Notes under the pieces: generated by a model
What the model saw: only the letters and a program-made list of their open reading frames with translations
What the model was told of the DNA's origin: nothing
Database searches by the model: none
Shown here: in pieces, positions 60,239 to 64,000 of the stretch
How the letters are laid out: each line of letters opens with the position of its first letter
How positions within the stretch are numbered: position 1 is the stretch's first letter
Assembly (NCBI GenBank): GCA_003562475.1
Contig: PWUU01000074.1
Coordinates: forward strand, 4,175-68,174
DNA length: 64,000 nt
Direction: 5' to 3'
Origin: Dehalococcoidia bacterium
Lineage (GTDB): Bacteria > Chloroflexota > Dehalococcoidia > GIF9 > AB-539-J10
Program-made: the position numbers and the translations under genes

Positions 60239-61455
60239 AAGAAGAACCCCAGCCTTCTACGGCGGAGACTCGCATTCAGCTTCCCCTTCCCGACATCCGT
60301 GAGATACAGTTGTGCTCCTATCAACGTGATCAACCCTTCCTCAAAGAGCTCCTCGAGTATGCCATCGACGTGCTTCCGGTAGTCGAATCCTGCTGCAGGG
60401 CTACGATGCGTCGCATGTGGCAAGTCATCCGGAGTGAAGGTCTGGTCATAGCGCAGGACGACGTCCCGGCGATTACTGACCTCCTTGATCGTTAACAGCG
60501 TCCATATCTTGAAGAAGTTCCACCTGTGCCAGTCAAACCCGCGCTCATCATCTGCTCCGGTATCGCCCTTGATGTCTGTACTTCGGGCCACATGAGAAAG
60601 CTCGATGGCCAGCTCTACAGCAGCGCGCAGAATGAGGAGAGCTATGAGCAACGCTACAATCGCGTCGACTGCGTAGATTCCAAATCGTGCGAAGACCAGA
60701 CCAATCAGTACCGCTGCTGCCTGAAATACGTGACTGCGGCTATCTACCGACTGCGAGATCAGCGCAAGGCTCCCCCCACGCTTACCCACCACACGCTGAT
60801 AGACGCTGAGCGCATACGAGACTCCCGCAGAGACTATTACCGCCCCGAATGCCGCCGGGGGGGTTGCAACGACCGCTGACAGCATCAACCGCGTGATTCC
60901 CTCGTATATGATGAGACTGGAGAGCAACCCCATTACCGCAACCACAAATGCCGCCGACATCAGCTCCTTTCCGAATCGCACACCAAGGAGCACAATGGAT
61001 GCAGACAGGACATCAATGAGGCTGTCCAGTCCGTCTGCCACCAGTGCCGCACTACGAAAGGTGAATCCCGCTGCCAGCTTCAGCAGTGCCAGGAAGACGT
61101 ACGAAATCACCGAAAGTCGGGACGCAACAGATGGGCTGTGCATCAATGCGGTCCACCCGTCCTCCGACTCACGCGCACGCCGGTATGCAGACTCTGCGAG
61201 TTCCTGTCCCTCCGCCGTGAGGGAATAGGCGTCTCCTTCTTTGCTTACGAATCCCTTTCTCACGAGGGCGCCCAGATTCTCGTCGAGCTCGCGGTGGAAT
61301 CTCCATCCACGATCTTCACCAGCAAAGGAAACGGGCAGTCCCATGTAGTGCAACAGACGCTCGTACTTCTTACGAAGGCCTTGCTCCGTGTCGGCGCCAT
61401 TCCTGAGCGCCATCAGGATGAATGGTTGATGTCCTCTGAGTCGGGTTGGAGTCAT
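60235..61455 (-). CDS. Cation diffusion facilitator TM domain flanked by two winged-helix-like domains
   Basis: CDF core (KLAAG...SAALVADGLDSLID, SLALISQSVDSRSH); N-terminal LVRKGFV...YSLTAEG; C-terminal LFEEGLI...LYLTDVG. Confidence 0.8.
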   Translation of the reverse strand: MTPTRLRGHQPFILMALRNGADTEQGLRKKYERLLHYMGLPVSFAGEDRGWRFHRELDENLGALVRKGFVSKEGDAYSLTAEGQELAESAYRRARESEDGWTALMHSPSVASRLSVISYVFLALLKLAAGFTFRSAALVADGLDSLIDVLSASIVLLGVRFGKELMSAAFVVAVMGLLSSLIIYEGITRLMLSAVVATPPAAFGAVIVSAGVSYALSVYQRVVGKRGGSLALISQSVDSRSHVFQAAAVLIGLVFARFGIYAVDAIVALLIALLILRAAVELAIELSHVARSTDIKGDTGADDERGFDWHRWNFFKIWTLLTIKEVSNRRDVVLRYDQTFTPDDLPHATHRSPAAGFDYRKHVDGILEELFEEGLITLIGAQLYLTDVGKGKLNASLRRRRLGFFF

Positions 61456-61551
61456 GTTATGCTATCCAAAGCGCACATTATAACCCGCCATCAAGACAAA
61501 CGGGCATCTCCAGGACTCTTACCACAGCCCCCTTTTGAACGACAGACTCAT

Positions 61552-62382
61552 TTAGAAGCACCACTCGATCCGCCCCAACAACCCGTGTGCAGTTGCCACC
61601 TGCTCCACTCTGTCCCGAAGGGCAGCCTCATAGTCCATCGACCCGGAGGTAAACAGGATCTTTCGATATCTTGAGAGGAGTGACGGATCGATGGCGCACA
61701 CCGCCGCCGATACGGCAGGCCACATTCCTGCTCGACGATTCAACCTGTCCACAAATAGACAATCCGGCTGCAAGTCAGCTGCTGCACAGAACAGGCGCCG
61801 AAGCCCTTCACCAGCATCGGACAGGCCGGGTAGCAGCGGCCCAAGAAATACGAAGGTCTGCATACCGATCTTGCGTGCCTCCTCCAGAACGCGAAGTCGC
61901 TGGATCGGGGGTGATGCACCGGGTTCGAAGACACTCGCAACGCCAGCATCTTCTGTGGTGAGCGTAATGCCAAACCGCACATTCGCATGTCCCTCCAGCA
62001 GATCGAAATCGCGCTGCGCGAGCGCGCTCTTGGTTTGCAGAAACAACGGGTAGCCAGCTTCCAGCAGCAGACTGAGACATCGCCGGGTTATTCCATAATC
62101 GGCCTCGGGCCATTGCCACGCATCACACACAGAGCTAATGTAAACGAAGCCGGGACGGGAACGCTCCAGTTGCCGCTGCAGTACGGAGGGAGCGTTGATC
62201 CTGACATCCACGAAGCTGCCCCAACTCTCTCCCGGGTGTGAGAATCGCGTGGCAAACCTGGCATAACAGTACACACACGCGTTTGCGCAACCCGAATAGG
62301 GATTCACACAGTAGTCGAAGAGCTTCGAACGCGTGAGCGCAGAACGAACTGTCACCTCTCTGATTCGCACATCCATCGTCAT
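61552..62382 (-). CDS. Radical SAM protein, SplB/Rv2578c-like
   Basis: NPYSGCANACVYCYA, SSVCD, TKS...RD, FEPGA. Confidence 0.9.
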   Translation of the reverse strand: MTMDVRIREVTVRSALTRSKLFDYCVNPYSGCANACVYCYARFATRFSHPGESWGSFVDVRINAPSVLQRQLERSRPGFVYISSVCDAWQWPEADYGITRRCLSLLLEAGYPLFLQTKSALAQRDFDLLEGHANVRFGITLTTEDAGVASVFEPGASPPIQRLRVLEEARKIGMQTFVFLGPLLPGLSDAGEGLRRLFCAAADLQPDCLFVDRLNRRAGMWPAVSAAVCAIDPSLLSRYRKILFTSGSMDYEAALRDRVEQVATAHGLLGRIEWCF

Positions 62383-62660
62383 GCATATGTATGATACCTG
62401 AGAACCCTTCGCAACCCATGGTGTTCACCAAGACTGTTCTCACGCTGCTCTCTCACGTACAAAAGTGGCCAGCACTGTAGCACATGAGCTTTGGCAACTG
62501 GTAAACGAGGATGCTTCACGGCCGGGGCATGGTCGGGCTTTGAGTGTCAGCTTCCCCACGACGATCCGCAACCGTCGTTTCCTTCTGAGATCTGCACCAG
62601 ACTAAGGGTGGCGCATCAGACCGAGGGTTGCTCAAGAATCGATTCCGTGGTATGGTAACC

Positions 62661-62812
62661 TGTGTCCCGGGCGACCAAGCCAACAGGCATCGGAGACCCA
62701 CTGGGCGGATGCCGGGGCAGATCCCGGTCCGGAGGACCCGGATCAATAGTTGGGTAGATGCCAGAAGACGGTCTCCGCAGCATTGACTAGTGAGGCCACC
62801 CGGGGCTTTCTT
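62661..62812 (+). ncRNA. Candidate structured small RNA, 6S-like
   Basis: Promoter TTGCTC-N17-(TG)TATGGT; ends pair (GTCCCGGG/CCCGGGGC) followed by TTTCTT; internal CGGAGACC/GGTCTCCG; apical hairpin GATCCCGGTCC/GGACCCGGATC. Confidence 0.65.
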
Positions 62813-62980
62813 GTATCAACGGCCGCAACGGTCTCTGTGCTATTCGTGCATCACCCGCGCCACGACTTCTATCCAGTGTTATAATCAACGTGCCGAGAAG
62901 CCAGTCTCCCTTTGTCACCCGGCGAGAACCAGAGGCGGCTGTTTGAGTGCCGCCAGGAGCGGGCGAAGGAGGTGTGAGGG

Positions 62981-63868
62981 ATGATTGGGAGGATACTGGC
63001 ACCAGTTGACGGTTGCGCACGCGCAGAGGTGGTGCTTCCTTACGTAGAGGAGCTCAGCAATCGCGTTGGTGCGCACGTCACTCTCCTTCACGTATTTCCG
63101 CCGACACTCCACGAGCAGCGCGAGGCACACGTTCAGTATGTTGAGACACTGGCATCGCGGCTTCAAGCTCGCCTGCGACACTCCCGAGTTCAGGTAGACG
63201 GAATAGCTATCGAAGGCAAGCCCAACCGGGAAATAGCCGACTACGCCGCTCGAGAAGACATAGATCTTATTGCCGCTTCACCTCACAGTCAAAGGAGTCA
63301 CGGACACTGGACGGTTGGCCGAACGGCAGACAAAGTCATTCGAGAGACAAGCAAACCCGTCCTCCTCGTCCACCTCGAGGCTCCAGCCACCGCCGCTGGC
63401 AAAGACCTGTTGAACCGCATCCTGGTTCCTCTCGACGGCTCCAGGGCGAGCAGGGATGTGCTGCCACACGTTGAAGCAATACTCGACAAGGAATGGCTGT
63501 CGGGTAGCGGTATAGTCTGGCTCATGCACGTTATCCCGTCAGACCACTACGCAACAGGACCGTTGATCGCGAAACGTGTACCCTACAGCTCCTCGGAATT
63601 GGATGTAATGCGCCTCCAGGCGTCACGCTACCTGGAAGAGATCGCGAGGCGGCTGCGCATTGACGAAAGAAGGATAGAAACGAGAGTTGCCACGGGCGAT
63701 ACCGCAACCATGATTATCCAAGCTTCTGCTGAGGTCGGAGCCAATCTCATCGCGATGACGACCCACGGTCATTCAGGATTCAGTCGCCTGTTCCTCGGAA
63801 GCGTTGCCGACCGGATCCTGCACAGATCGACGATCCCGCTCTTACTGGTGAAGCCGGTTGCGTACTGA
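62981..63868 (+). CDS. Universal stress protein (tandem USP domains)
   Basis: ILAPVDG and ILVPLDGS, GRTADKV, MTTHG.SG...LGSVADRIL. Confidence 0.94.
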   Translation: MIGRILAPVDGCARAEVVLPYVEELSNRVGAHVTLLHVFPPTLHEQREAHVQYVETLASRLQARLRHSRVQVDGIAIEGKPNREIADYAAREDIDLIAASPHSQRSHGHWTVGRTADKVIRETSKPVLLVHLEAPATAAGKDLLNRILVPLDGSRASRDVLPHVEAILDKEWLSGSGIVWLMHVIPSDHYATGPLIAKRVPYSSSELDVMRLQASRYLEEIARRLRIDERRIETRVATGDTATMIIQASAEVGANLIAMTTHGHSGFSRLFLGSVADRILHRSTIPLLLVKPVAY

Positions 63869-64000
63869 AACGGCCTACGACCTGCACCGGCATTGGTGTG
63901 AATGATAATAGCAGGTGCCGGAACGACTGGCGATGGATGGTCAGCAGGAAGGTGGCAGTGCCAGCGGTAGTGTCATTCACCGGGTTCTTTGACCCACCCA

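Noticed and set aside
62715-62750. SRP RNA (GGTCCGGA resembles the domain IV loop)
   Set aside because: Lacks the CAGG/AGCA internal loop and the GGAA tetraloop context.
1-64000. CRISPR array, tRNA, rRNA, integrase or transposase
   Set aside because: No regularly spaced repeats, cloverleaf signatures or recombinase/transposase motifs seen by eye.

Overview
GC-rich (about 60% by eye) chromosomal segment of an anaerobic bacterium, most likely Chloroflexota, class Dehalococcoidia. This placement is an inference from the T-box-controlled trpEGDCFBA operon and several protein families I associate with that class. It holds about 60 genes: a complete trp operon, ilvD, ppdK, msrA, two tandem mgtE copies, an Rrf2-regulated MacB-type ABC/DUF2318 operon, two CDF transporters, a BaeSR-like two-component pair, catabolic enzymes (CoA transferase, enoyl-CoA hydratase, two 2-hydroxyacid dehydrogenases, M20 amidohydrolase), a solo Cas4-like DUF2779 nuclease and several decayed gene fragments. 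I saw no CRISPR array, rRNA, tRNA, integrase or transposase. The least explained signals are non-coding. First, both mgtE copies carry a shared leader architecture (antiterminator-like pairing, strand-swapped stem, terminator and short uORF) that is not an M-box. Second, a promoter-driven rod-shaped RNA of about 150 nt, possibly 6S-like, lies at about 62.66-62.81 kb. Third, an attenuator-like leader precedes ppdK. All family assignments come from motif recognition by eye; no database searches were run.
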